Source: an uncultured cyanobacterium
GTDB taxonomy: Bacteria; Cyanobacteriota; Cyanobacteriia; Phormidesmidales; Phormidesmidaceae
NCBI GenBank assembly: GCA_963793265.1
Contig: CAWBZI010000001.1
Coordinates: forward strand, 1,440,001 to 1,504,000
DNA length: 64,000 nt
Direction: 5' to 3'
The translations under genes were made by a program, and so were the position numbers. The notes beneath the pieces are model-generated. The model did no database searches, had not been told where the DNA came from, and saw only the letters and a list, made by a program, of their open reading frames with translations. Shown here piece after piece: positions 50,775-60,780 of the stretch (positions are counted from its first letter, which is position 1; the number at the start of each line of letters is the position of its first letter).

Positions 50775-52517
50775 CTAGTGATTAGTCTTTTGAATGAACT
50801 GAAGCGCTACGTCAGGCGTCATAGGCTTGGCGAAGTAAAACCCCTGAATGTGTTTGCATCCAAGCTTGCGCAGTCCTTCTAGCTGGGTTTCAGTTTCTAC
50901 ACCTTCGGCAACGATGTCCATTTTCAGGCTATTTGCCAGCTCGATAATAGTTCGTACAATAGCTGTGTTTTCGCCGCGATCACCAATATTTTGCACAAAA
51001 GACCGATCGATTTTAAGAATATCAATCGGTAGCTGCTGCAATCGACTCAGCGACGAATAGCCAATGCCAAAATCATCGATACACAAACCTACATTTAGTG
51101 CTCTAAGCGCTTTCAGCGCCGACAAGGCTTCTTCAGAATTGCGCATAATGGCTGTTTCTGTAATCTCAAGCCTGAGATCTTCAGCGGGGAACCCAGTCTC
51201 GTGCAAGATGGCTTCTACCTGTTCTACCAGATCGTTTTGAGCAAGCTGGCGAGCTGATAGATTTACATTGAGCTTAATAGTTGCGCCAAGCTGCTTTTGC
51301 CACTTGCAGACCTGCTGACAGGCTTCTTTGAGCACCCACTGTCCGATTATCGTAATCACGCCTGTCTCTTCCATCACCGGAATAAACTCGCCTGGCGAAA
51401 TTTCACCGTGCTGAGGATGGTGCCAGCGGATCAGCGCTTCTACAGCGACCACCTGATCGCGATCGATGTCTATAACCGGCTGATAGCGAAGCTTTAACTC
51501 TTCGCGCTGTACTGCAAACTGAGCCTGAGTTGCCATTTGCCATAGGGCAACGGCTCTTTGGTGCATCGTTTGATCAAACACGGTATGGCATGAGCCGCCT
51601 TGAGCCTTCGCTCTATATAAGGCAGTGTCGGCATTGCGGAGGAGATCGCTAGATTTTTCGTAGCCGACGCTGCTGCAGACGACGCCGATGCTGATATTGG
51701 CGAATACTTCGTAAGTACCTAGCTTGAATGGGGCTTTTAGGCTGTTGTGAATGCGATCGCACACCGCTGTCGCGTCCGCTAGCCCATCAATTTCTTCAAG
51801 CAAAATGGCAAACTCATCGCCGCCGAGCCGGGCAAGCGTGTCGCAGCGGCGAATACAGGCTTCTAAGCGTCCTGACAGAGCCGTCAATAGCTGATCGCCA
51901 ACGCTATGACCCAAGCTATCGTTAATCACTTTGAACCGATCGAGATCTAAAAAGAGGACAGCGCACTGCTGACTGGCATTACGCTCTAGCCGGATTACGG
52001 CCTGTTCAAGGCGATTGACGAACAGCGCTCGATTGGCTAGCCCGGTGAGCGCGTCATAAAAAGCTCGGTGGCGAAGCTGCGCTTCCATCCACTTCTGTTC
52101 AGTAAGGTTGATTACCTGGAGCAAAAAACAGATAGGTCGCTGCTGACCGTCTCGCACCATCGTCACCGTCAGGCCAACATGCAGAGGCTTTTCGTCCTTA
52201 CTCCAGTGCCGCGTTTCGATTTGGAAATGCTGTCTTTGATCATCCAGCAGCTCCTCTCCTAGTGAGTGCAGCAGGGGAATGTCTTCGGGGTGGGTGAGGT
52301 CTTTAAATGTCAGCATGACCAGCTCGCGCTCGCTGTAGCCTACCGCCTCGCAAAAGCTTTGATTCGCGCTTAAGAAACCACCTTCTAAATCCAGAATAGT
52401 CATGCCAATAGGCGAGAGCTGGAAGATTTGTTTGAGCGTTTTGGTATTAAGAGAATCCTGGTTGTCGCTTTCTGGCTTTGCTGAAGAGGAGGTAGCCACG
52501 CTAGAGCTGTTATTCAT
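50775..52517 (-). CDS. PAS-GGDEF-EAL c-di-GMP cyclase/phosphodiesterase
   Basis: PAS (LTHPED), RLGGDEF, VEALIRW, DDFGIGYSSL. Confidence 0.94.
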   Translation of the reverse strand: MNNSSSVATSSSAKPESDNQDSLNTKTLKQIFQLSPIGMTILDLEGGFLSANQSFCEAVGYSERELVMLTFKDLTHPEDIPLLHSLGEELLDDQRQHFQIETRHWSKDEKPLHVGLTVTMVRDGQQRPICFLLQVINLTEQKWMEAQLRHRAFYDALTGLANRALFVNRLEQAVIRLERNASQQCAVLFLDLDRFKVINDSLGHSVGDQLLTALSGRLEACIRRCDTLARLGGDEFAILLEEIDGLADATAVCDRIHNSLKAPFKLGTYEVFANISIGVVCSSVGYEKSSDLLRNADTALYRAKAQGGSCHTVFDQTMHQRAVALWQMATQAQFAVQREELKLRYQPVIDIDRDQVVAVEALIRWHHPQHGEISPGEFIPVMEETGVITIIGQWVLKEACQQVCKWQKQLGATIKLNVNLSARQLAQNDLVEQVEAILHETGFPAEDLRLEITETAIMRNSEEALSALKALRALNVGLCIDDFGIGYSSLSRLQQLPIDILKIDRSFVQNIGDRGENTAIVRTIIELANSLKMDIVAEGVETETQLEGLRKLGCKHIQGFYFAKPMTPDVALQFIQKTNH

Positions 52518-52726
52518 AAGGGTTGCTTAAAAGAGACACAGGCTTCAGCAGCTCGATGATTCGATTCTATTTGATAGGCTATTCGATAGGATTTGATAGG
52601 CGAAAGCCACGTGCTGACCACTCAAGAATTCCCGCGTGGACTGTCATATTCCCTTAACTTGATGAATTAACTCGCAGACGCTGGTGCTGGCGAATCACTG
52701 TTGCAAGGCGCTGTTGTAGACCACTG

Positions 52727-55495
52727 TTATGAATCACTATCGCGAGTGACAGCGATCACGGTTTCGGTGACCTGCTCAAAGGTGTCGTCGTGGCTGATTA
52801 CAAATAGCTGATTGAATGACTTAAGTCGGGCGATCGCCTCTGCTAATCCCGCCCTTCTCGACCTATCCATATTGGTTGTCGGCTCGTCAAAGAAGGCAAC
52901 GTCAATATCTGCCAGTATTTTCAATAGCGCGAGCCGAACGGCTAAGGCCGCGCACATTTGCTCGCCGCCTGATAGGTTAATGAATCGACGCGTGAATGCA
53001 CCTTCTTGCACTGTAATTTCGTAGTCAGCGCTCCAGGTAAGCGCTACGTTCTGTCGGCCTATTAGTTCGCGAAAGAGTCGGTCGGCTTCACGAGAAATGT
53101 TGTGTACGTAGCGTTCGGTGATGCGTGGCCCGGCGGCTTTGTACACCTTGCGGGCATAGCTGATAAAGCGCTTGAGGCGATCGCTCTCCTTTAGCTCTGC
53201 TTGCGCCTTATCACGCTTTTGAGCGATCGCTCTGAGCCCCTCTATCTGCTTTGTAAACTCCACAAACCGCTGCCGCTGCTGAGGCAAAGATCCTCTAAGC
53301 TGGTCAGCCTGTGAGGTCACCTCGCCTAAGCGTTTCTCTAAGTCAGCAAAAGCCTCTGGATCGAACGCAGCTAGTAGGGCTTCTAGCTGTTTATCCAAGT
53401 TGCTCTGTTGCGTTTGTAGTTGAGTAACTGCTTTCTCAGTTGCTTGAGCCTCCATCTCAATAGATTCGATTTGGGCTGCGGCCTGTTGATTTTGCAGGTA
53501 TAGCAGATAGCCCGCCTGGTGGCTTTGCTTGAGCTGCTGCTGTGCCTGCATTTGTTCGTCTAAAGGTTCAAAGGCTTTGATCTGCCGGGTGATCGCCTCC
53601 ATCTGCTCAGCATTCTCTTTCTGTGCGGCTACTAGCGCCTTGTGCTGTTGTATGACGGCTGGCTGCTGCTGAAGCGTTCTCTGCAACAGTTGTTGCTTTC
53701 CTTTGGGGTTATCTAACTTCTGAATTTGAGCGTCCGTTTCATCAAATGCCTTTGTCGTATCTGCTTCAGTCTCAAGCTGTTTAGCAAGTTCGCTGAGCGC
53801 CTGCTGAATAGACTGCCTTTGCGTCGTAAGCTGCTCGTGTTTAGCTTGTTTCGAGCTTAGTCCCATCAGTTCTGCCTTTTGTGCATAAGCTCTTTGTAAC
53901 TGAGTTCGCAGCTCTCTTTGCTGCTGCTGTATGCGCGGCCTATCAATTTGCTCGCTCAAGTCCGTGAGAATATTGTTGAGTTTTTTCAAGGTTTCTTTAG
54001 AGAGGATACCGCCTTGAAAGAGGGCGGCTTTGATAGGAGAGATCGCCTCACCATCTAATCCATCAAAATCGTTTGTCCACCCTTCTAGCGTTTGCAGGGC
54101 AACGACAACCTGCTGCCGATAGTCGTCTTGCTGCGTCTGTCCCGTTTCGGTAAGCGCCCTTAGCTCCTGCTCAAACTGCTGCGCAGCCTCTACCCGACTC
54201 AACTGCTGCTGAATACGGCTCTGCTGCTCCTCCCACTGCGGAATATGTTCGGTGATTGCTCTTAGCGTCTCTAACCTTTTGAGTTCAGCGCCTACTTGAT
54301 CGATCTCTCGAACCAAGCTCCTTTCTTGCGCTGCTAAGTTCTTTTGCTGAAAACGGACGTTGGCAAAGGCTTGAGTTTTATCTTGCAAGGCTCTCTTTTC
54401 AGCTTCTAGTCGGCTTTGAGTCGCAATGTCTTCACCCAGTCCAGAAAGCTCTTTCTCAGCAGCAACAAACTGTTCTAGTTTTGTTTCTAGTCGGACGATA
54501 TCGCTTTGGCTTTTAGCGATCGCCTGCTGCTGCTGCTGCTGTTGATTCAAAACCTGCTGCCGCCGTTGGCTGCTCTCACTAAGCGCCTTAATCTGAGCTT
54601 CTGCGGCCAAAAAACTATCGTAAGCAGATTGCTGTTGCTTACAAACATCTCCAGCCTGCCGAGCTTTAATAAGGGCTGCTTCCGTTCGTCTTTGAGCCTG
54701 CTGCTGAGCCTCTAGCTGACTAGCAATCTGTTGTTGTTGGGCTCGCGCAGTCTGTAATTGCTCAGCCTGGTTTTGAATCTCTTGCTTCTGTTCAGTGAGC
54801 TGCTTGCCCTTTGTCTCTAGCTCAGTGAGCTGGTTTTCGCCCTGAGTAATGTCGGCCTGTAGCTGCACGTAGCTAGCCTGTAGCGTTTCCCAGCTTTGTA
54901 GTGACTCTTCGTACTGCTCAATTAAGTCCTTTAGCCTTTGCGATCGCGCCTCACCATACTTTCTCAAACCATTACTTTGCGTAAAAGCCGCCCGGTATTC
55001 TTCTACCTTAAGCACCGTATCAAAAATAGGCTTTCGCTTCTCAGTAGGCAATAGAAAATCAACGGTAAAAGTGCCCTGCGGAATGCCGAGCGTGTTGGCA
55101 AATAGCTGCGCAAGATCAGTGCCTGCTGATACGCCCAAATGCTGTCTTAGCCAGGGCAACACTTCATCTTTGGTACGAGTGTACGGCAGCCGCTCGTTGA
55201 GCTGTGGATCGAATATTAGATAGCCCTGTGAGGTCGAGCGTCGCACCTCGTAAGTGCGGCTGTCGCGGCTAGAGATGAAAGCGACCCTCGCTTGGGCGCT
55301 GCTAGCCCCGTTGCGGATGAAGTCTTCTTTTTTGTAGCTGCCTTGATAGTTGAAAAGAACCCAGGCGATCGCCTCTAAAATGCTTGTTTTGCCCGCACCA
55401 TTCTCTCCGCAGATAGCATTAGTGCCTGGCTGGAACTCAAAGTGCTTGTCTTTATGTGCTTTAAAGTTGTTGAGCGTGACCGAGAGAATTTGCAT
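52727..55495 (-). CDS. sbcC: SbcC/Rad50-like SMC family ATPase
   Basis: GENGAGKT, long Gln-rich coiled coil, LSGGE, FFDEPT, ISHD. Confidence 0.85.
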   Translation of the reverse strand: MQILSVTLNNFKAHKDKHFEFQPGTNAICGENGAGKTSILEAIAWVLFNYQGSYKKEDFIRNGASSAQARVAFISSRDSRTYEVRRSTSQGYLIFDPQLNERLPYTRTKDEVLPWLRQHLGVSAGTDLAQLFANTLGIPQGTFTVDFLLPTEKRKPIFDTVLKVEEYRAAFTQSNGLRKYGEARSQRLKDLIEQYEESLQSWETLQASYVQLQADITQGENQLTELETKGKQLTEQKQEIQNQAEQLQTARAQQQQIASQLEAQQQAQRRTEAALIKARQAGDVCKQQQSAYDSFLAAEAQIKALSESSQRRQQVLNQQQQQQQAIAKSQSDIVRLETKLEQFVAAEKELSGLGEDIATQSRLEAEKRALQDKTQAFANVRFQQKNLAAQERSLVREIDQVGAELKRLETLRAITEHIPQWEEQQSRIQQQLSRVEAAQQFEQELRALTETGQTQQDDYRQQVVVALQTLEGWTNDFDGLDGEAISPIKAALFQGGILSKETLKKLNNILTDLSEQIDRPRIQQQQRELRTQLQRAYAQKAELMGLSSKQAKHEQLTTQRQSIQQALSELAKQLETEADTTKAFDETDAQIQKLDNPKGKQQLLQRTLQQQPAVIQQHKALVAAQKENAEQMEAITRQIKAFEPLDEQMQAQQQLKQSHQAGYLLYLQNQQAAAQIESIEMEAQATEKAVTQLQTQQSNLDKQLEALLAAFDPEAFADLEKRLGEVTSQADQLRGSLPQQRQRFVEFTKQIEGLRAIAQKRDKAQAELKESDRLKRFISYARKVYKAAGPRITERYVHNISREADRLFRELIGRQNVALTWSADYEITVQEGAFTRRFINLSGGEQMCAALAVRLALLKILADIDVAFFDEPTTNMDRSRRAGLAEAIARLKSFNQLFVISHDDTFEQVTETVIAVTRDSDS

Positions 55496-55598
55496 TCTTT
55501 TTGCATTCTTAGGGCTAGCAAGGGGCAAGAGCCGTCATACAAGCGTACTATAGCTCTCAACTATATTGCTTAGCCCCAGCAAAGTTAGCAAATCCTCA

Positions 55599-58439
55599 TC
55601 AATTTCCGCTACCAACGGCTGCAGGTTCAGGCACAATCACAGGCTGGATGGCAGCCGACGCTTCTGCATCCCTATGTTGAAACTTCCAAAGCTCTATCAT
55701 TTCATTGGGGTTATTAGGCGAAGGCACCTGACCCCAAAGGGTCATCACATAGTCTTCACCGACTAGCGTAGGCGGAAATGCGGGCGTTAGCATGGCAGCA
55801 GGTGAACGTTCAGTTTCTGATGAGGATGCTTCTGGAGGTTGTGCTGGTATGGGCACAGGCGCTTTGCTTCTAGGCGTTCTCGTTTGAGGTGTTTTGGGTT
55901 CAGGCATTCTAGTCCGCTTCTGCCATAGTCCAGGTGAAGTGTTTGCTTCAGCGTCAGTGCTGGCCTCTGGGCGGCTACTAGAAGGCATATCCCCTTCTAT
56001 CTCAACCTGTGCTGGTGGCTGATGATGCATCGGAGGAAAAACCAACCGGCTAATTAAGTGAGCGGCGATTCCGGCAATGAGTGCCAGCGGAATGAGCATG
56101 CTGGTGCGGAGTCTTAGCCGAGTTTGCGACTTTCGACTAGCGGCGATGTACTCCTGTGCTAGGTGTGACAGCTCGTCTCTATGTAGCTGTACAAACGCTA
56201 TCGTTTCCTGTAGCTGGCTGCCGCCTAGCAGATATTCGCTACCCTTAGGCCGATTTCGCTGTGACCACTCCTGCGCGCTGCTCTCCAATCGGCGCTGTAG
56301 GCGTAAGATGCTGCGAGATTCGGCAAGCCAGGTGCGGAGCAAATCCCAGTCATTAACCAGAGATTTATGGACAACCTCAATGGTTCTTGGTGAGCCTGTA
56401 ATCGGTAGCGCAGCATCAGATGCGTTATTAACAAACCAAGTTTTGAGCGGCGACGATTCGTCATGCTGCGTTTGCCAGACGGCGGTTGGCATCTCAGTAC
56501 CTTGCGTTTGATCAGGGCAGCAGCAGCTACTCGAAATAGCCGCTTGAGAAACGACCACAAGCCTTTCGGCCGTAAGCTTATCTAGCGTGCAGTCAATCAG
56601 CTCAGCCGGAAAGTTCTCGTTAATCAGTTCGCTTCTAAAGGCGCGCCGACGATCGTCCTCTCGCCCCTCGCCAAGCTCGCACAGACCCAAAAAGATCCGC
56701 CTGGCTGCTCGTTTCATCTCATCGTCTAAGCTGCCATACACAGCCGTCGCCCGAGTCTTGAGAATGTCTCTAACGCTGCCGATATCGGTATAGGCTTCTA
56801 GCGTTAGCTTAGGCTTAGTACCTCCCCGTTCGCTAGAATCTCGTCGCCGCCACAGCTCCAAAAGCGTCTGCTGAATCAACGGCAGCTCTCCAGGAGCGCC
56901 CGTTGTATCTAGCGTGAGGAAATGAAGGAGCTGAGGATCTATCTCAATATCCATCTTTTCAGCAGGCTTTGTGATGACCTCTTTGATCTGCTCGTAGCTC
57001 ATCGGAGAAACGACCAGCGTATGCTTCTCTACAAGTGTCTTGAACTCTTCGTAAGGGATCAGCCCGTCCATGGCATCTGCACGCAAGCCGATAACAATGC
57101 CGATGGGCGTACTCGGATCGCTCAGCGCTTTCGTAAGACAGCGAATAAATAGCGATCGCTCCGCTGCCACGGCTGGATCCTTGGTAGTACCTAGTAGCTC
57201 TTCAAACTGATCGATTACCAGCCATAGTTTTGAGGTTGCTGGAATTGAGGTTTCACCGGGCTTGAGGAGACTGGCCCTAACAAGCTGAGACAGGCCGCTA
57301 CCGTCGCTTTCATTTAAGAATTTCTCGGCCTGGTGAAGTTGACTGGCGCGCTGAATGCCGTCAGTAGTAGCTGTGCTGAAGGCCGCGGCTAGGCTTTTGA
57401 TAGGGTGGAGCGTAGGCGTGATGTGCTTGAGGCTCCACTGGTCGCTGCCTTCGATGTGGGTACCTTTTCGTAGGTGATAGATAAGGCCCGCGCGAAGGAG
57501 AGACGTTTTGCCGCTGCTAGACGCGCCAACGACAGCACAGAAGTTATCTTCGCTGACGGCTTTGAGTAGCTTATTAGTAAGCTCTTTGCGGCCAAAGAAG
57601 TAGTCTGCGTGGGCTTCGTCAAAAGGCGATAGACCTCGGTAAGGGCAAAAGCCGAAGGTGAGCTTTTTGATCCTGGCTAGGGTGCTGATAGGCGTTTTTG
57701 AAATAGCGGCCTGTAGTCCGGTCATTCGAGTAATGACGATTTCGCTACCTGAGCTTTCAAACAAAGGCTGCTGAATTTCGCCGCGCAGGCTCTGGCTAAC
57801 GTGCTCGGTGAGGCTGTAGTTGCTGACCTTGCCGCCTGCTTGCTGATGTGGATCAAGGCCAGAGAGTAAGGCTTTGGTAAAGACGCTGTGCTTGCCTTCA
57901 ATTGATTCGTAGGCGGACTCGTATTCTCTAGAAGCAGCCATGAACAGGCGGTCTATGCCCGCGCGTGCGCCAGGGTCGGCTTCGTTAAAGGCGAGCAGGC
58001 TGCCGCTGTGGCAGCAGTCTAAAATGACAATGATTTGGCGGACGGGGCTTTGCTGCAATAGCCGTCGTAGCCAGTTAAGCGGAATACCGAAGTTGCCTTT
58101 GCTCGGATCAGTGTCGCTAGTCGCTAGATAGCCCTCTTGAACGCCTGCTTCGCGCTGTAAGCCGTGACCTGAGAAATAAAACAATGCCGTTGCCGGGATG
58201 TTTTTACCTTTGGGCTTAAAAAGCTGAATAAGGGACTCTTCCAGCATTTGTGTGGTGACTTTGTTGCGACTGCTGATGACAGGACGCCCTTTTTTGATCG
58301 CTTCAGGTAGCCGGTGTACCCGGAACTCGCCTTGAGTCTGCAAGCGTCCGGCAACTGCCTCAGCGTCTGCGGCTGGCGCATTGAGCGGCGGCAACGACTG
58401 ATACTGGTTGATGCCAACAATTAGCGCATCCCGTGACAT
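55599..58439 (-). CDS. Caspase-like (peptidase C14) + nSTAND-type NTPase protein with TM and Pro-rich tail
   Basis: ALIVGINQY, YFSGHG and LDCCHSG dyad, CPYRGL..F, FFGR, GASSSGKT, LVIDQFEE, PGELPL. Confidence 0.9.
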   Translation of the reverse strand: MSRDALIVGINQYQSLPPLNAPAADAEAVAGRLQTQGEFRVHRLPEAIKKGRPVISSRNKVTTQMLEESLIQLFKPKGKNIPATALFYFSGHGLQREAGVQEGYLATSDTDPSKGNFGIPLNWLRRLLQQSPVRQIIVILDCCHSGSLLAFNEADPGARAGIDRLFMAASREYESAYESIEGKHSVFTKALLSGLDPHQQAGGKVSNYSLTEHVSQSLRGEIQQPLFESSGSEIVITRMTGLQAAISKTPISTLARIKKLTFGFCPYRGLSPFDEAHADYFFGRKELTNKLLKAVSEDNFCAVVGASSSGKTSLLRAGLIYHLRKGTHIEGSDQWSLKHITPTLHPIKSLAAAFSTATTDGIQRASQLHQAEKFLNESDGSGLSQLVRASLLKPGETSIPATSKLWLVIDQFEELLGTTKDPAVAAERSLFIRCLTKALSDPSTPIGIVIGLRADAMDGLIPYEEFKTLVEKHTLVVSPMSYEQIKEVITKPAEKMDIEIDPQLLHFLTLDTTGAPGELPLIQQTLLELWRRRDSSERGGTKPKLTLEAYTDIGSVRDILKTRATAVYGSLDDEMKRAARRIFLGLCELGEGREDDRRRAFRSELINENFPAELIDCTLDKLTAERLVVVSQAAISSSCCCPDQTQGTEMPTAVWQTQHDESSPLKTWFVNNASDAALPITGSPRTIEVVHKSLVNDWDLLRTWLAESRSILRLQRRLESSAQEWSQRNRPKGSEYLLGGSQLQETIAFVQLHRDELSHLAQEYIAASRKSQTRLRLRTSMLIPLALIAGIAAHLISRLVFPPMHHQPPAQVEIEGDMPSSSRPEASTDAEANTSPGLWQKRTRMPEPKTPQTRTPRSKAPVPIPAQPPEASSSETERSPAAMLTPAFPPTLVGEDYVMTLWGQVPSPNNPNEMIELWKFQHRDAEASAAIQPVIVPEPAAVGSGN

Positions 58440-59280
58440 GAGCAAAACACCCTTATGCAAAAGTAGCGTGCGACGTTTTTTGGCAAGGTCACTTTGTTAG
58501 AAAGTTGTCTTTTGGCCGAAAAACGTCGCGCGGAGTTATGAAGCAAGCTGGCGACTTGAATGTGTCAGCAGACTCGAAAAGAATGCGATAGCAGCAAACT
58601 TACCTTCATGAGTTCCCCGTGAAAATCGACTTGAAGACTTCTCTAAACCAACTCAACAAACAATTAAGATAAGTTGATTCATCAAGCCCTTTTGGTCGGC
58701 TTCCTAGATGAAGATAGACAACTTTTAAAGCAAATAAACAGGGGGTCTGCACCCTCACCCCACATACAGCAAAAAAGGTTGATATACCGTGATTACCATT
58801 GACTTAGGGGCAACTACTTAAGGGGTTCTTTTGATATCAAGTGGGCTTGATATGCATCTCTTAAGTCCTAGTTAAAATTACATAATGGAGGATATCTTTG
58901 CGCGATATTCGGACGTGTATTTGCCGAGATAGAGAGGCTGCGATCGCCCAGCATCAAAAAAGATTGTTTCCAACTAAGCCATTTAGCTTATTTATATTTT
59001 CAGCAAAAAATCAGTACAAAAAACGATGAACTGTCAAAAAAACGTTGATGGATTCAGTTTATTCTCTCAATACAACAAATTTGATTGATTAATAGTTTAT
59101 AAGCACTTTTTAGCAATCTTGTTACTTTTTTGGAGTGAACATATTGCGCATAAAATCAAGCTAAATTGATGATTAAGAAAGACGCGCTGATACCGTTTAA
59201 ATAAAGATGTTTATTAGCCTGTTAGTTGAATCGGTACATCAGCTTTTTCAATGGCTTCGATAGCTACTTTCTTATGCTCT

Positions 59281-60309
59281 TCAGGGCTTCAAGATGTATT
59301 TACCAATGTGATTGCCGGTTGCCATTGCTGTATGAGCCTCGCGCACCTGATCGAGCTTAAATATTTCAGCAATCGGCATTTGATAGCTGCCATCTGCCAC
59401 GTGCCTAAGAATGTGTGAGTAGCCCTTTGTCTCAGCGGGGGTGCCCGCTACAGCATTGAGTAGCCAGCCTTTAATCGCCGCGTCTTTACGAATGAGCGGA
59501 GAAATATCAACGGGGCCAACCAAGCCCAAGAGCCCATATGCCCAAAGTGTGCCACCTTGAGCGAGCAGGCGAATCTCATGGTGCAAGAAGTCTCCGGCAG
59601 CGACAGGATCGAAAATGACATCGACGCCTTTTCCCTGGGTCAGCTTTTTGACGGTGCGCCACCACGGGGTTAATTCTGATGATTGACTGGTGACGACGAT
59701 GTGGTCGTACTGGGCAGCGGGCGATCGCGTCAAAATCTCAACTTTCTCAGGGCTAGTCGTTGTCCCGATCGTAATGCCACCTCGTTTTTTGACAATCTGA
59801 CTGGCTGCGATCGCCACGCTACTACTGGCCGCAGGCAGCAACACAACCTGATTCGCCTGCACATTTTGCCGCCACACCAGCGCCCCCCACGCCGTTAAAA
59901 ACGGTAACCACAGCGCCCCTATCAGCTCGTCACTAATCCCATCAGGTACCGGAATCGTATCGGTAGCAAGCGCGATGAAATGCGAGCGATACGTTCCCTT
60001 TTGCTGGTCGTTACGCTGTGGGGCTCCCAGGCTTAAGATGACGCGCTGTCCGATTTTTCGATCTGTAACGTTATTGCCGATAGCAGCGATCGCACCCCCA
60101 CCCTCAATGCCTGGCGTAAAAGGCGGCTCTCCAGAACTCAGCCGGTACTCACCTCGCCGCGCCATCAGATCTGCCTGGTTCATACCAATGCTGGTGAGCG
60201 CAACTACCACTTCATCAGGCCCAGGCTGCGAGGGCCGCTCGGTTTCTATCTGAAGGTTTTCGACGCCACCAAAAGATGTAACAACAATTTTCTGCCTGGT
60301 GTTTTTCAT
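59281..60309 (-). CDS. MDR-family NADPH:quinone oxidoreductase / zinc-binding dehydrogenase-like
   Basis: FTPGIEGGG, AASSSV, GKGVDVIFDPV, HIGKYIL. Confidence 0.88.
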   Translation of the reverse strand: MKNTRQKIVVTSFGGVENLQIETERPSQPGPDEVVVALTSIGMNQADLMARRGEYRLSSGEPPFTPGIEGGGAIAAIGNNVTDRKIGQRVILSLGAPQRNDQQKGTYRSHFIALATDTIPVPDGISDELIGALWLPFLTAWGALVWRQNVQANQVVLLPAASSSVAIAASQIVKKRGGITIGTTTSPEKVEILTRSPAAQYDHIVVTSQSSELTPWWRTVKKLTQGKGVDVIFDPVAAGDFLHHEIRLLAQGGTLWAYGLLGLVGPVDISPLIRKDAAIKGWLLNAVAGTPAETKGYSHILRHVADGSYQMPIAEIFKLDQVREAHTAMATGNHIGKYILKP

Positions 60310-60397
60310 AGAGCGTTTTTTAATGGGGTATCTATCGAGATAGGAATAGACGCTATTTGGGCCTTTAGCTGCGCTGAAGTGGAAACCCTGAACCTAT

Positions 60398-60772
60398 ATG
60401 GGTTGCTGTTTAAGGGGTTCTCACCGCTGGGTAGACAAAGAGAGACGACCGTCTATTATCTCAGGGGACTACGACCGCGTGAATACAATGTGGACGAGCG
60501 ACAACGAGTTGAAAATTAATCCACCTTGCTGGGAGAGCGCACTGTTCTTTTTAGACACGTTCACCTATATGGACTCCGAGTTTGGCGTGGTCGATTTGGT
60601 TTCTACTGGCATGTTCGACCTATCTCATCCTGAAACGGCCGAGGAGCTGGATTTAAAGAAGGCGCTACGAGCTATCCGTCAGAAAACGTCAATCGCTAAG
60701 TCTATTGTGAAGTGGATTGCCGAAAACGAAGATTTACTCGAAGACTATCCCGAGCATCTGCGACGTTCTTAA
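60398..60772 (+). CDS. Hypothetical protein (start uncertain)
   Basis: Only ORF filling the gap before the hisD stop; no recognisable motif. Confidence 0.4.
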   Translation: MGCCLRGSHRWVDKERRPSIISGDYDRVNTMWTSDNELKINPPCWESALFFLDTFTYMDSEFGVVDLVSTGMFDLSHPETAEELDLKKALRAIRQKTSIAKSIVKWIAENEDLLEDYPEHLRRS

Positions 60773-60780
60773 TGGGTGCT

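Noticed and set aside
52625..52633. GGGAATTCT (minus strand) as an alternative-sigma promoter element for the GGDEF-EAL gene
   Set aside because: Short motif with no TSS support
55544..55558. LexA-box-like CGTAC-TATA-GCTCT upstream of the sbcC-like gene
   Set aside because: Deviates from the cyanobacterial RGTAC-N4-GTWC consensus in both halves; too weak to call
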